Origin: Octopus sinensis
Lineage: Eukaryota
Assembly: GCF_006345805.1 (NCBI RefSeq)
Contig: NC_043008.1
Location: forward strand, 41,974,001 to 42,038,000
Direction: 5' to 3'
DNA: 64,000 nucleotides
In this document: piece by piece, positions 23,936 through 37,140 of the stretch
Layout: the number at the start of each line of letters is the position of its first letter
Numbering within the stretch: the stretch's first letter is position 1
The notes under the pieces: model-generated
What the model saw: only the letters and a program-made list of their open reading frames with translations
What the model was told of the DNA's origin: nothing
Database searches by the model: none
Program-made: the position numbers and the translations under genes

Positions 23936-25779
23936 AAAGTGATATTTGTAATCCGCCATGCTTTGCGAATAACCACTCTACCCAATCACAGTTACTCTGA
24001 TAGTGCAAGGTTCATTAGTTTATCGATAAAATCCTTCAGCTTTTAATTTTTCAAATTGTTAGAAATAGTTTTCGTAGAAAAATAGGGTTTTCCAAGGAGC
24101 ATTATTTTCTAAATCTCACATTTAGAACCTTTTAGCCTTTTGTTTCATTGTGGTTTTTCTCTTGTAGAAATACTCCGTTTTCTCTCGTATCACGCTTCAC
24201 TGTCTCCAATAATCCTATAATTACAGAGACCGCCCTTTCTTTTTTTTTCTCCCCCGTTTCCTTTTTCAATATTTCCTTTCTATTCGATTACACCTTCCTT
24301 GAGAAAAAAAAATCCGAATTCATTTAATGCGAATTTAATGTTTGTTTAGTAAACGACATTAACAAATGTACCAGACATGGGAACTTTACGTTGTTATTGC
24401 TGATGCTATTGTTGTAGTTCCGCTAGCTGTTCTTGGCATCCTGAGTTCCTGAGTTCCACATCAGATAGAGTCCAACAGATGAATGGTCCATCATTGTTTT
24501 TTCTTATTCATATCCTTTATACTTAATTACTTACTCTGTTCGTCCCCTATGGAGCAAAGGTCATCAGTTACTTCTCTCCACTGTCCACCTCTCTCGTCTG
24601 TATCTCTGCTTCTATCTTCTCCCACGAATTCTGTTGGTTTTCACTGGTCATCATTACTTCTTTAGCTTAGCTTTTTTGTTTTCTAGTTAGATTTGGTAAC
24701 CCTGGATAAACCCGCTTTTAATTCTGAAACGAGGCTGTGCTTTATGCTTTGACATGTTCAGATACCTGAAGCTTGCGCTCCGTTAGCAACCATCTCAGTA
24801 TTATTCAGACGCATAAATCAGCATAGGTCAACAACGACTGAACCGTTAAGAAAACCTTATATCGACTACTAAATTATTTAACACGTGTATATTTTAAAAT
24901 GTTATAATGTCATTAGAAAAGAATTTAGCTGCTGTTACTAACAGATCGATCAATCACGTAATTATTTCTTCGTTAATTTTTTAGACTATATTATATTTTT
25001 TTTCTTTGATCGGGTTTTCTTTCAATTACTTTTAACATAATGTAGTGATAGTCATAAATCTACATTAAGAAATATTTCGTACCTTTTAGTTATCTCACGC
25101 CCATTGAAAAATTGGGTTATCTCCCCACAACCCTCGATTTATGAAAAATATCGGCGCTTTTAGTTATCTCCTCGACTACAAAAATGTTTAACACTCAATA
25201 AAACAAAAAAATCAAAAAGATTAATAAACAGGAAAACTACAATAATTAAACGTCTCATCGAAGCTAATAACATTTTCATAACAAATCATACCATGCCTAT
25301 TGATGGTGCCAAAATTCAACAATCAAAATGATTTAATCCTTTTAATCCAATCTCGTGAACTCAATTTTTAATGGCACTTTTTTACTGGGGGGAGATAACC
25401 AAAAAGTACCAAATATTTATGTGATGAGGGAAAGACAACGTGAGCTGAGCTTAGATAATATCTTTATCGTTTCAGCATATGCCGGAGATAACTCCGGGCA
25501 GGTTTTGCTATTATTAGACCTCTTCCTTCTTTCCTTTCTTTCCTTCAAGAATCTCAGAATTCGCGATCAAAGGACGCAACACTTCTTGTATGATTAAAAG
25601 CCAAAGTAGCCGCACTTCCTTCTCATTAACCCATAGATTGCTTGTTTAATTATCTCTAATGATATATTTATCAATCATTACTACATGACCTTATATCTAC
25701 CTTTCTGCGCGTCTGTTTGGAGCGAATTGCACCAATGCAACATGCATCTAGCTGCACTTTTTTTAACGTTCACTGATCT

Positions 25780-26090
25780 CAACGTGATGCATCTGCATGA
25801 TTTTGCGTCAGTGAAATTCTGTTGAGATGGTGTTGATCTGCCAATGTTGTTGTTATTGTTGCTATTATTGCTGTTGTTGTTGTTGTGTTGTTGCTATTGT
25901 TCATGTTGCTGTTGTTGCTGCTGCTATTGCTTTGCTGTTGTCGACTTTGTTGTCTTTTGTTTGCAGCTTCTGCCAATGTTTGCTTGTTATTACCGCTGCT
26001 GCTGCTGCTGCTAATGTTGTTGCAACGGTTGCTATCAGTGTTGCCGTTGCTATTTCTATCGTTGTCGTCGTTGTTGTTGCTATTTTTGTT
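25780..26090. repeat. Degenerate (GTT/GCT)n trinucleotide tract
   Basis: Directly visible. Confidence 0.85.
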
Positions 26091-26825
26091 TAACTCGGGT
26101 CAGTTCTGATCGGGGCCTGCCGACAACCAAAGATGTCCCAGTCATGACCATTCTGCCTACTTCCTACCTGAAGAGGACTGGACGCAGGAGCACATTATAC
26201 GACGAATACATTTCAAAAACACAGACGATAGTACGGATACCATACGAGGAAGAATTGGCTATTATTTATATAAATCAATTGACTACGTAGTGTCTCGCTC
26301 ATTGCTCGTCAGTTAAGCTAGGAGATAGTGTTAGGCATTGAATTAAATAAGACTGTACCATAACCGCAATATATCAGATTATCTGCTGTCATGATAACAA
26401 TGTCTCCTAAAGCCATATATGGATTAAAAAAATACATAGTACGACAGAAAAAGACATCATTGGAAGGTATTTTTTTACCAAGAATTTCGCAATAAATATA
26501 GCTCCGTCATTTCTGTCAGTCTAATCGCAATTCGAGCAAGGTTCAACAAATAATTCTAACTCAGCTGGTAACCACTTCCTTTTTATCATATCAATATGTC
26601 TGTGTTTCAATAATGTAATTGAAAGAGAAGAGAGAGAAAGAAAGAGAAAAAAATGATGCGAAAGATTTCCAAGATAAGGAAAGAAAACAAGAGAAGAATT
26701 GAATGACGTAAAGAAGATAGAAAAAGAAAAGAGAATTCCATTGAATACCGATCGTGGTAGACTGTAGCAGATAGCTTGTTATATTAGAGTTCATATCAAT
26801 AGGAAATAACAACAACAACAACAAC

Positions 26826-26883
<58 letters not shown>

Positions 26884-27279
26884 TAGAAATGCTTATTTAC
26901 ACGCACCCTGCTGTGACTTTATATCGCTACTGTACCATCTCGGTTTTTGATTCTTGTTTGGCAGATATCTTGCAAGTAGACATGGCCTTGTAGTTATGAA
27001 ATTCGCTTGGAAGTCCCTTGGTATTCAGTTCGATCTCAAAGGGAGAAATCTGGGGCAAATATACCCCCCAAAAGAGCTAGATTCGAATGAAACGATGCGA
27101 GTGGAAATGGTAGGATGTAGAGTGTGTAGAAACGGTTCTGACGGTTTTCATTTGCTGTTCAGTGATAGACTTAACACAACGCCCTGCTCAACAAAACGAG
27201 ACCAGCTTCGTACTACGCTCTTCTACAGAAAGGGACACAGAAAAAACAAGGAGAGAAACAAGGAGAGAAAAAAAGGATA

Positions 27280-27447
27280 TTGTATGTATATATATATACA
27301 TACCTACATACATACATACATACTTACTTACATACATACAGACAAAAAGATAGATAAATATATAGATAGATAGATAGATATATAGATAGATAGATAGAGA
27401 GAGAGAGAGACAGACAGACAGATAGACAGACAGACAGACTGACAGAC

Positions 27448-27500
<53 letters not shown>

Positions 27501-27519
27501 CATAGATAGAGAGACAGAC

Positions 27520-27558
<39 letters not shown>

Positions 27559-27578
27559 TAGATAGATAGATAGATAGA

Positions 27579-27615
<37 letters not shown>

Positions 27616-27620
27616 CATTG
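27280..27620. repeat. (ACAT)n/(GATA)n/(GACA)n tetranucleotide array
   Basis: Directly visible. Confidence 0.95.
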
Positions 27621-27869
27621 ATACTGACATTTTATACATGTAAGCAGATATGCAGTGTTGTCACAAACTCTTAGGCTCCATTACTGAATAATAAAGTTAG
27701 ATTTGTTTCTGTTTTACATTTTCTCGTTGAGGTTACTGGAGCATGCAACTTCTCTGGCAGTTTCTTACGTAAATATTAGGCATGGCTTTTTTCATATTTC
27801 ATATGATGTTGGTTGTGTATTTCGTTTTAAACAATATGTAAATGAATATGAAAGAATTAAGTTTAAGAT

Positions 27870-27885
27870 TTATATTATATATAAT

Positions 27886-27979
<94 letters not shown>

Positions 27980-28093
27980 TGTGTATGTATGTATGTATGT
28001 ATGTATAAATGTATGTGTGCATGTATGTATGTATGTATATATATATATATACATACATACATATATATATGTCTGTGTATATATACAAATATA

Positions 28094-28138
<45 letters not shown>

Positions 28139-28149
28139 CATATATATAT

Positions 28150-28182
<33 letters not shown>

Positions 28183-28248
28183 ATATATATATATATATGA
28201 ATGTATGTGTTTATATATATACATATATATATTTATTGATGGTGATGG

Positions 28249-28290
<42 letters not shown>
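27870..28290. repeat. (AT)n/(TGTA)n/(GAT)n
   Basis: Directly visible. Confidence 0.95.
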
Positions 28291-28291
<1 letters not shown>

Positions 28292-28671
28292 AAGAAAATG
28301 AAATTGAAATGGACGTTGTTAAGGCAGCTGCTTGGCGTGTAGCATAAACAGGGCTTGTATAGATAACACAAGAGGAGACGCAACAGGTTTTATTAATCAG
28401 TGTATCTAATACACTTGGTCCCAGATCGTAATTAAGCAGAAATTCCGATATGATAGCAGCTAGTATACAATTCCAGTTTACAGCAACAAATGATAGGCTA
28501 CTATGCGAGAATATAATCTGCGAGCGAGGGGAATGTAATAGGTAGGTATGAACTACACTTGTTTCAGAATAAGTACCGAATGCATATTACGTAACTTTGA
28601 GGCGTTGCGAAAATATTCTGTGTTGATTTTCATCGAGTACTTTTCGCCGGTCAGTTAGAAATTCATTCTAG

Positions 28672-28744
28672 AATATAGATCCACCAATTTCTGAAGAGCA
28701 AGTTTATGTTCTCGACGCGGAAGGGATGAATGGCAAACTCGATG
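28672..28744 (+). CDS. Candidate 73-nt exon (NIDPPISEEQVYVLDAEGMNGKLD)
   Basis: ATTCATTCTAG|AAT..GAT G|GTAAGA; one open frame. Confidence 0.25.
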
Positions 28745-28840
28745 GTAAGATGCGCACTAAGAGCGCAGCCAGCTGGTATAAATACCAAAAGGCAGATTTT
28801 AAATCTCTAACGACTCTACTGCAATAAAAGTGATTTATAA

Positions 28841-29040
28841 GTTTTAGCAAAAGGCCAGCAATTTCGGTAGAGGGGGTCGTCAGTGGATTACGTCGACCTC
28901 AGTTCTCAGCTGGTACTTATTTTATCCTCTATCGCGAAATAAGGAAAAGCAAAGCCAATCTCGGCGGAATTCGAACTCAGAGTAAATGCAGACAAAATGC
29001 TGCAATTCATTTTGCCCGGCGTGCGAACGATTCTCCCACC
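28841..29040 (-). mobile_element. SINE family A copy
   Basis: CTGGTACTTATTTTATC..CTCGGCGGAATTCGAACTCAG..GCCCGGCGTGCGAACGATTCT; homologous to the adjacent copy. Confidence 0.75.
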
Positions 29041-29050
29041 ACTACAACGA

Positions 29051-29265
29051 TAATATTCGTTTCTACTGTAGGCACAAGGCTCGAAATGTTGGAAGAGGGG
29101 CCAGTTGATTAGATCGATCCCAGTAGGCAACTGGTACTTAATTTATCAACCCCGAAAGGATGAAGGACAAAGTCAACCTCGGCGGAATTTGAACTCAGAA
29201 CTTAGCGACAGACGAAATACCGCTAAGCATTTCGACCGGCGTGCTAACGTTTCTGCCATCCCGCC
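29051..29265 (-). mobile_element. SINE family A copy (best preserved)
   Basis: Minus strand has GGCGGGATGGCAGAAACGTTAGCACGCC (A-box-like) and CTGAGTTCAAATTCC (B-box-like). Confidence 0.8.
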
Positions 29266-29849
29266 GTCTTACTGCAACCATAATATTTATCCAGGCAGTA
29301 TATTAATTCAAAACCTAATTAAATGAAACTAAGCATCGAAATATGTATATACGTATGTTCGAATGCCATACCAATTCTGCTTTACATCAAGCTCAATTAG
29401 GGTCTAACGTAAGAAACGCTCCATGGTCCACTACCACCACATGTCGTAAATACATTCGTATGAATGGGTTATGAATGTAGTTAGACATCACTAGTCACTG
29501 TGCAACTCGTGATATATAGCCTTAGGTGTATAATTCCAAACTGGACAATAATTGCATTGACAAATAATTGGTTGGCGAAGAATTGACATTTATAGATTCT
29601 AACAATTGCCCAATGCGTAGTTAACTGCGCGATATGCTTTGCATTCTTCAGCTCAGTGGAGATTATCTTAATTTAACCAAACTATTTTTCCAGTTTTTGA
29701 TTCCCAGATGGAATAAATTCGTTTCTCTAACGTCGTTAGTTCCATTGGGAAATTCTTGAATGTGACAATTTCCAATTTTCCGTTCGCTAAACATCTTCAA
29801 TTTCTTTAAAAGTATCATTCACACTCCGTGATATCGATTTTTGTGAGTG

Positions 29850-29897
29850 TGTGTATGTATGTATGCGTATACGTAAGTATGCATGTATATATATATA

Positions 29898-29936
<39 letters not shown>

Positions 29937-30009
29937 CATACATATACATATATATACATATCTCTTCTCTCTTTCTCTTCTCTCTCTCTTTCCTCTCTCT
30001 CTCTCTCTG

Positions 30010-30088
<79 letters not shown>

Positions 30089-30130
30089 GATATACTTATA
30101 TATATAAATATACATTATACATATGTACAT
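29850..30130. repeat. (AT)n/(CT)n
   Basis: Directly visible. Confidence 0.95.
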
Positions 30131-30619
30131 ATGTATGTATGTATTTATGTTTTTAGATATTCACGTACGTTCGTATATATGTCTATGTCGATATATGCAT
30201 CTCTGTTCTGTAGTCATATCTACCAATTAATTTAAACCCGTCAAAACTGAAAGAAAATTACAAAAACTAAATCACTGAATGAAACACAAAGAAATAAACC
30301 GAGGAAGAAATTAATTAAAGAAAGAGTGAGGAAGAAGAAAGGAAAGTAATGTTATTTAATGGAATCCGTCGATTTTCACACATTCCGGGAACAGACGATA
30401 TCTACCTGTTAGAAATATGAAATTTCTCTTTACTGTTCCATTATAATTTCCGTTCAATTTCCTTTTTGATTTAGTTGCTCTGTGAAATTGAAACTTTTCA
30501 CATATCATAACTGGGGAAATGGCTTGTGTGGTCTATAATGGCGGATTTTTCCGTTGATGAAATTCAGGAATAGAAGAGGCGGGTACGTACAATGGTGGAA
30601 AGGAGGAAGGACTGGTGGA

Positions 30620-30905
30620 TGGGTTGATAGATGGATAGATAGACAGACAGGCAGACGGAAATATGAGCGGACGGTAGGATGGACGGTCGGACCGATAGAG
30701 AGACAGACAAATAGACAGGCAGACACACACAGACAGTCAGAGAGAGAGAGGAAGACAGACACACAGACAGATAGGCAGATAGACAGATAAATAGATAGAC
30801 AGACAGACAGGCAACTAGATAGATAAATGGATTGACAGACAGACATTTAGTGATAGATAGATATATACAGATAAATAGCTGGCTAGCTAGATAGATAGAT
30901 AAATG

Positions 30906-30949
<44 letters not shown>

Positions 30950-31163
30950 CAGATATGTATATATATACATACATATATATATATAGAGAGAGAGATAGAT
31001 AGATAGATAGGATGACAGACAGATAGATAAATAGGCTGACAGACAAATAGATTGGCAGCTAGCCAGCCAGCCAGACACAGACAGACAAAGAGACAGTTAG
31101 ATAGGTAGGTAGATAGATAGATCGACCGATCGATCGATATATATATATATTATATATATATAA

Positions 31164-31205
<42 letters not shown>

Positions 31206-31206
31206 T

Positions 31207-31240
<34 letters not shown>

Positions 31241-31262
31241 CGATAGAGATAGATAGATAGGT
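30620..31262. repeat. (GATA)n/(GACA)n/(AT)n compound array
   Basis: Directly visible. Confidence 0.9.
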
Positions 31263-32194
31263 AAATTGAATGGCAACTCAGTAGAAGGAGGGTATCTGTA
31301 AGACATGCATAAATCTACAGGCGAACAATTTCAAACACGACGAAACCTTTGCTTGACCGATAATGTTGTTAGACAAAGCAGTTAAATTACCCACAAATCA
31401 TACTTTAATAACTTAAGGGAAAATGGACACTCTGAATAATGTTGTCCGTAGTAAACAATGCTTCAGAAAAGGCTGGTTGCTTCCGGGTTAAACGTCGTTA
31501 CCTGTTTGTAACTAGTTTCTGTGCGTGGCTGTATGTATATGTGAATAGATTTGAACTCCCTCATCTATAGCTGAACTGGGGTTAAGCAACAACACCATTC
31601 AACACCATTTCTATGAAGTTGAATGTAGATGAGAATATTACACAATACACCGTATAAGTATATTTCTATTGCATCAACATTCCGCGAGGGGTCAGCACGT
31701 GTTCGTATGCAACTCTGAATGTAACTTTTTCAGATTATTCTGTCATTACTTTATCTGATGTAAATCCACTTGTATTTTGCTTTATGTGCCTAAGTCTATC
31801 TTGTCTTTGGAATATGCAGCAGGATGCTGACTTGGATGCAGTGGACATTTAGAAACGTTTGACAACTGAAAACAGAACGATAATCTTCACTTCAGGTTGC
31901 CTCCCTGCAGGGAATATGCAGCAAAATGCTAGTTGAAGTATACTAGACATAAGAAATGTAAGGTGATAGAGTACAAGAGGAAAATTCTCACTCACGAACA
32001 AGGAATTTATTCTATAACACAGAAAAGTAAAGCGTCTAATGTTAATTATAAGTAGGAAGATTTTACTAAAAGAAAGTAATTATTAAAATTTGCGCAGTCT
32101 TGAAAATTCTTAAAAGTAAATTTTTATCAAAGTGTGGTTTTGAACGTTCAACTACATGATTCAATCGGAAAACTAATTTTAATTCACTGCGAGA

Positions 32195-32285
<91 letters not shown>

Positions 32286-32665
32286 TGTGTGTGTGTGTGT
32301 TAGCGCTTGTGTATGAAACAGCATTTTTAACGCATTACACTCTTTTCTCTTTCCCTCCCTCCCTCCCTCCCTCCCTCCTTCTCTCTCTCTCTCTGTGTCT
32401 CACATACACTTCATGACGATGACACAATCTCTAAATACGTATATTCTCTTCATACTCTTAGAATTGTAAATTTTTCCGAAATATTTCCATCTCTACTTTC
32501 TACAAACATATCTGCAAAATCATTTCACCAAATTATAAGAATAATGCATTGACATCCAAGTGATAATGATGCCAAGATCCTTTCATACTTGTTAGTATTT
32601 AACCCTCTCCCCCCCCCCCAGAAAACCGGAGCAGAAAAGGGATTTTAATTAATTTGCGCAAGTGG

Positions 32666-32880
32666 GGAGGCGAGAAGGCAGAAGCATTATCACGCCGGAC
32701 TAAATGCTTAGAAGTGTTTCGTCCGTCTTTGTGCATTCTTACTTCAAATTCCATGACGTCAACTTTGCCTTTCATCTTTTCATCATTTCGGCGTCGATAA
32801 AATAAGTACCAGTTGTGCACTGGGGTCCGATCTATTCCACTTACCCCCTTCTCCCGAAATTGGTGACCTTGTTTCATTAT
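32666..32880 (+). mobile_element. SINE family A copy
   Basis: GGAGGCGAGAAGGCAGAAG..CACGCCGG..ACTTTGCCTTTCATC..AATAAGTACCAGTTG.. Confidence 0.75.
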
Positions 32881-33189
32881 CTGAAGCCAATTTACTTACA
32901 CAAATGTATCAGATACACAAACTTAGGCCACTTTTTTGGGACCTAGGGCAGCAACCAAAACTTACACATATTAAATTTTGCTTCAGACAAGAAAGGAAAT
33001 ATGCAATGTAGTTCCTAAAAGAAACCCCATAAATTTTTTAATTAGGGATAAATTTTACAACATAAACAGAGGAGGTTCATGTTGTTGTTGTTGTCGTTGT
33101 TTCTATCTTGATGAAATGCCTTCCAGTCCTGACCATCTAGCCTTTTTGTATATTTACGATTATTATCACCATGTGGTTTTCCCTATTTG

Positions 33190-33400
33190 TGACAAGTTAG
33201 CACGCCGGAAAAAATGGTTAACAGCATTTCGTTCATATTTACTCTTAGAGCTCAAGTTCTGCCGAGATCGACCCCGCCTTTCATCCTTTCGGGGTCGGTA
33301 AAATAAGTCGCAGTTGAGCTGGGATGGCGGGGTCAAAAATAATCGACTTATTACCTGCTCTAAACTTGCTGAGTTTGTACCAACTTGAAAACCAATATTA
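33190..33400 (+). mobile_element. SINE family A copy
   Basis: GTTAGCACGCCGG..GCCGAGATCGAC..CCTTTCATCCTTTCGGGGTCGGTAAAATAAGT. Confidence 0.7.
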
Positions 33401-34032
33401 CTGACAGCAGCATGAGAATCGAAAAACGTCTGACTGCTATTTCTAATAGCTGCAGGGCTGAGGTCGCGGCACCCCGTTGTCTCTAAGACGCGAGAAAGTA
33501 TGTCTTGCTTAACAATGTATCATTATGCTTGCTTTTCGTTTTCGTTTTTCTTTTGTTTAACTATGAATGACTAAAATAAAAACAAAACAGAAATGGTTGC
33601 AGTTTTACAAACGATCATCATGATTCTCGTCTCGTCGAAAACATGAAGATCGAATAATATTTATAAAATTATCAAAAGCATAAAAAAGAATCGAAATCGT
33701 CGAAGGAAGAATGCAAATACGCGAACATTGTTTTCTCTGAGAATGTCTTTTATCCGTTTTTTTTTCTTCTTTTCATGCTATATTTTGTATGAGCATGAAT
33801 TGTATACGTGACTTACATATTACACACACACACACACACAGGCATACACACGCATACACACACACACACATATGTATATATAGAAATATATATATATATA
33901 TATATATGTATTTATGTATGTGTGTGTATGTATGTGTGTATGTATGAATGTACATATGTAGAGAGTGAAAGAGAATGAGGTGTACATATACAGGTAGATA
34001 CAAAGATAGATGAATTGATAGATAGATAGGCG

Positions 34033-34063
<31 letters not shown>

Positions 34064-34241
34064 ATAATAAATATTAGGGAATATATCCAAATTTACAGGG
34101 AAAAAAAATCAGATTTAGGATTAAATCCAATTTTATAGTAAAATATTATAAAATATTATTTGAGACAAAACCACTATTTTGCAAAACAAACAAGGAAAGA
34201 CTTAATCAATACATAAAATTTAATAAATAGTCAAAAAACCG

Positions 34242-34291
34242 CCACTACAATACAATCGTTCTTCTTGTCTTGATCGACAATCTTCAGGTGG
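34242..34291 (-). ncRNA. Hammerhead ribozyme motif (family 3), degenerate
   Basis: Reverse complement CCAC CTGAAGA TTGTC-GATCAA-GACAA GAAG AACGATTGTA TTGTA GTGG; core interrupted and TTGTA duplicated. Confidence 0.6.
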
Positions 34292-34427
34292 ACTTCCAAT
34301 CTAAAAAATCAAAATTTTAAAATATAAAAATAATACTTTTAAATAATTAAAGTATAAATGAAAAAATATAAGTATATAATCCATATATAACCTATATATA
34401 ATCCATATCGAAAATATAGACTAATTA

Positions 34428-35617
34428 CCACGAATTCCCTAAAAAAAACCATAATAAAACAAAACTCTTAAAACATAAACGATAAAATCTCCCTTTGCTA
34501 AACTCTATAACAAACCTATAAAGTAAACCCCCTCCTAAACATTCACACACAAATACACACACGTAAACCACAGACTCACAACTTATACACATACCTATAC
34601 TAACTTATAACCTCAATATACACCAAAACCCACTCCCTCCCCACACAGACAAATTAACACATACATCCCAAAACCTAAATAACAAACCCATATACACATT
34701 CACACACAAACACACACTCACACGCAAAACACTCACACACAAAAAATACATATACTCCCTCACATATACGCCTATACATACTCACTAAACTCGACATATA
34801 CACAATACTTACACACCCACAAAAAACATTATATACATTTATGAGCTTTAACTCACCTTATCATCTCTAACAAACAACTTGCAGTAACCCAATCCCATTC
34901 TCTATGCCTACCTCACTACTACACTATTCCATTCACATTCCAAGCAACGCTAGTCCACCACCCGGTTATTCACGTGGCAAAACGAACACCACTCAAAAAT
35001 TATGAATGAAACAATGTAAAAAAATAACCAACACCTAAAATAGACAAAAACCCACGAATTACCTAAAAAAAACCATGATAAACCAAACTCATAAAAGCAT
35101 ATAACGATAAAATCTCCCTTGCTAAACCCTATAACAAACTTATATAGCAATCCCCCTAACCATAAACATTCACACACAAAAACCCACACGTAAACCACAG
35201 ACCCAAGACTTATACACAAACCTATACTAACTTATAAACCTCAATATACACCAAACCACTCCCTCTCCCCACACAGACAAATTAACACATACATCCCAAA
35301 TCCTAAATAACAAACCCAAATACACATTCACACACAAACACACACCACGCAAACACAACACACACAACAGATACATATGCTCCCTCACATATACGCATAT
35401 ACATACTCACTAAAACTCGATATATACAACAATATTTACACCCACACTCATACAGATAAATAAATTAATTATACAATTAAAAACTCACAACCAATCTCAT
35501 ATACATAAACACTCTTATGAAACAACAATAAATACATCGTAATTAACCAGAATATCAAAAATAACATTATGACATAAGGATAAATCAAATACATACTTAC
35601 AATTCAGTTACAAATTA
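34428..35617. repeat. ~625-bp tandem unit inside the left arm (two unit starts)
   Basis: CCACGAATT unit marker at 34428 and 35052; a diverged partial third copy at 35844-35977. Confidence 0.9.
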
Positions 35618-37140
35618 TGAAGTGAAATTAGATTCTTAGCCGTTAAAAAACCAAACAAATTACGTTACCATGGAAATAACTAATGTAAAAAAAGAATACG
35701 CGCCATAGAAAGTAAACGTCATTCATAGTATGAATGGAGAAATATAATAAATGGAACTAAAAACTATTTCCACGTAGCAAACCAACGCTACTTAAAAAAT
35801 TTATTATGAATGGATTCTTTAAAAACTATCATGAAAAATCAATTATATACATTTATGAGCTTTAGCTCACCCTAGCAACTCTAACAAACAACTTACAGTA
35901 ACCCATACTCAATGCCTACCTCATTACCACCCTAATCCATTCATAATTCCAAGCAACACTAGTCCACCACCCGGTTACAATTCCCAACTCTACCCATTCA
36001 TTCACAATTTCAACGACATTCCCTTCAACAACTCTACATATAAGCCTCTACATATACACCGGAGATACACTTACACATCCGTGCGGATGGGTGAGAGTAT
36101 ACATTAAGTGTAGTGATGGGGCTCCCATTTAAACACATTTGTACCTGTGTGGTAGTCTCCATGTGTATATTCACGCACGGGTATAAATACAGGGGGTACA
36201 CGCTCACTTCATTTACGTGTACCCCTCACATGTACAAATGCATACTATTTTGGCTCGAATATGCAACAATGTAATCGCGCCCGTATGTGTGAGCATTCAC
36301 TGGTTGTGCAATTCACCCATCTGGGTGTGATTGTGGTAAACTTATCACTGTGGAGGTCGAGCTTGATACGTATATATTAGTGTGTATTAGGGGTTGTACG
36401 TACAAATTATGTTCATGTGCTTCACGCACTTACGTCCATGTATGGAAGAATATATTGGGATTAATATGTAGGTGTAAATAGGGTATGGGGGAGTTTTGTC
36501 ATTGTATGGTGTGGGTTTCATTTGTGATAGTGGTTAGTTGGTGATTATTAGTATGTTCTGTATATTAGGGCTAGTATGTATTATTCAAGTGTGTATAATT
36601 GTATACATATAATTAATGTGAATGGGATTACTCCCATTTTGTTATCCATGTGGGGCTGGAGTGGCCGTTAGGTGCATATGCTGAGGCTCACATGCAAACC
36701 CAAGTACAACGAATGAAGTGGGCACTTATAATTGTTATGGTGTGTACTTTATTATAAAAGACAATACCCAAATAAAATCTGTCAATTCAACATACAAATA
36801 AAAACAAAAAACAAAGGATCTTAAACATTCACACATACATACAAAACTCAATAAAAACACCACTAAATAACACCCAAAAATAAATATATCCTCAAAATAC
36901 ATATAACAATGCAAAATAAAAAATACATAATAAAATAAAATAATAAAAATAAAAATAAAAAAATAAAAAAATCTAATATAAATTATTAAAGTTTTAACGT
37001 ACCATAAACTGCTAAATTAATATACATTAAAATGAACTAATTAAAACAAATAAATACAATAAAGACTAACTATAATTAAATCCTAGACAACATAACCAAA
37101 AATATATCATCTAAACTAATTTAAACTAAACTAAAATAAC

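Noticed and set aside
24526-24572. Minus-strand CTGATGA..CGAAC hammerhead-like match
   Set aside because: GAAA core incomplete; stems I and II do not pair.
25779-26109. PolyQ/N/A-type ORFs
   Set aside because: Degenerate trinucleotide repeat without flanking splice or start evidence.
26165-26215. CTGAAGA..GAAT hammerhead-like match
   Set aside because: No stem II pairing and no GAAA.
26954-27373. 139-aa ORF (GCRVCRN..HLLF) as a GPS-motif exon
   Set aside because: It lacks the CxFW and W..GC..CxCxHLT spacing and runs into microsatellite.
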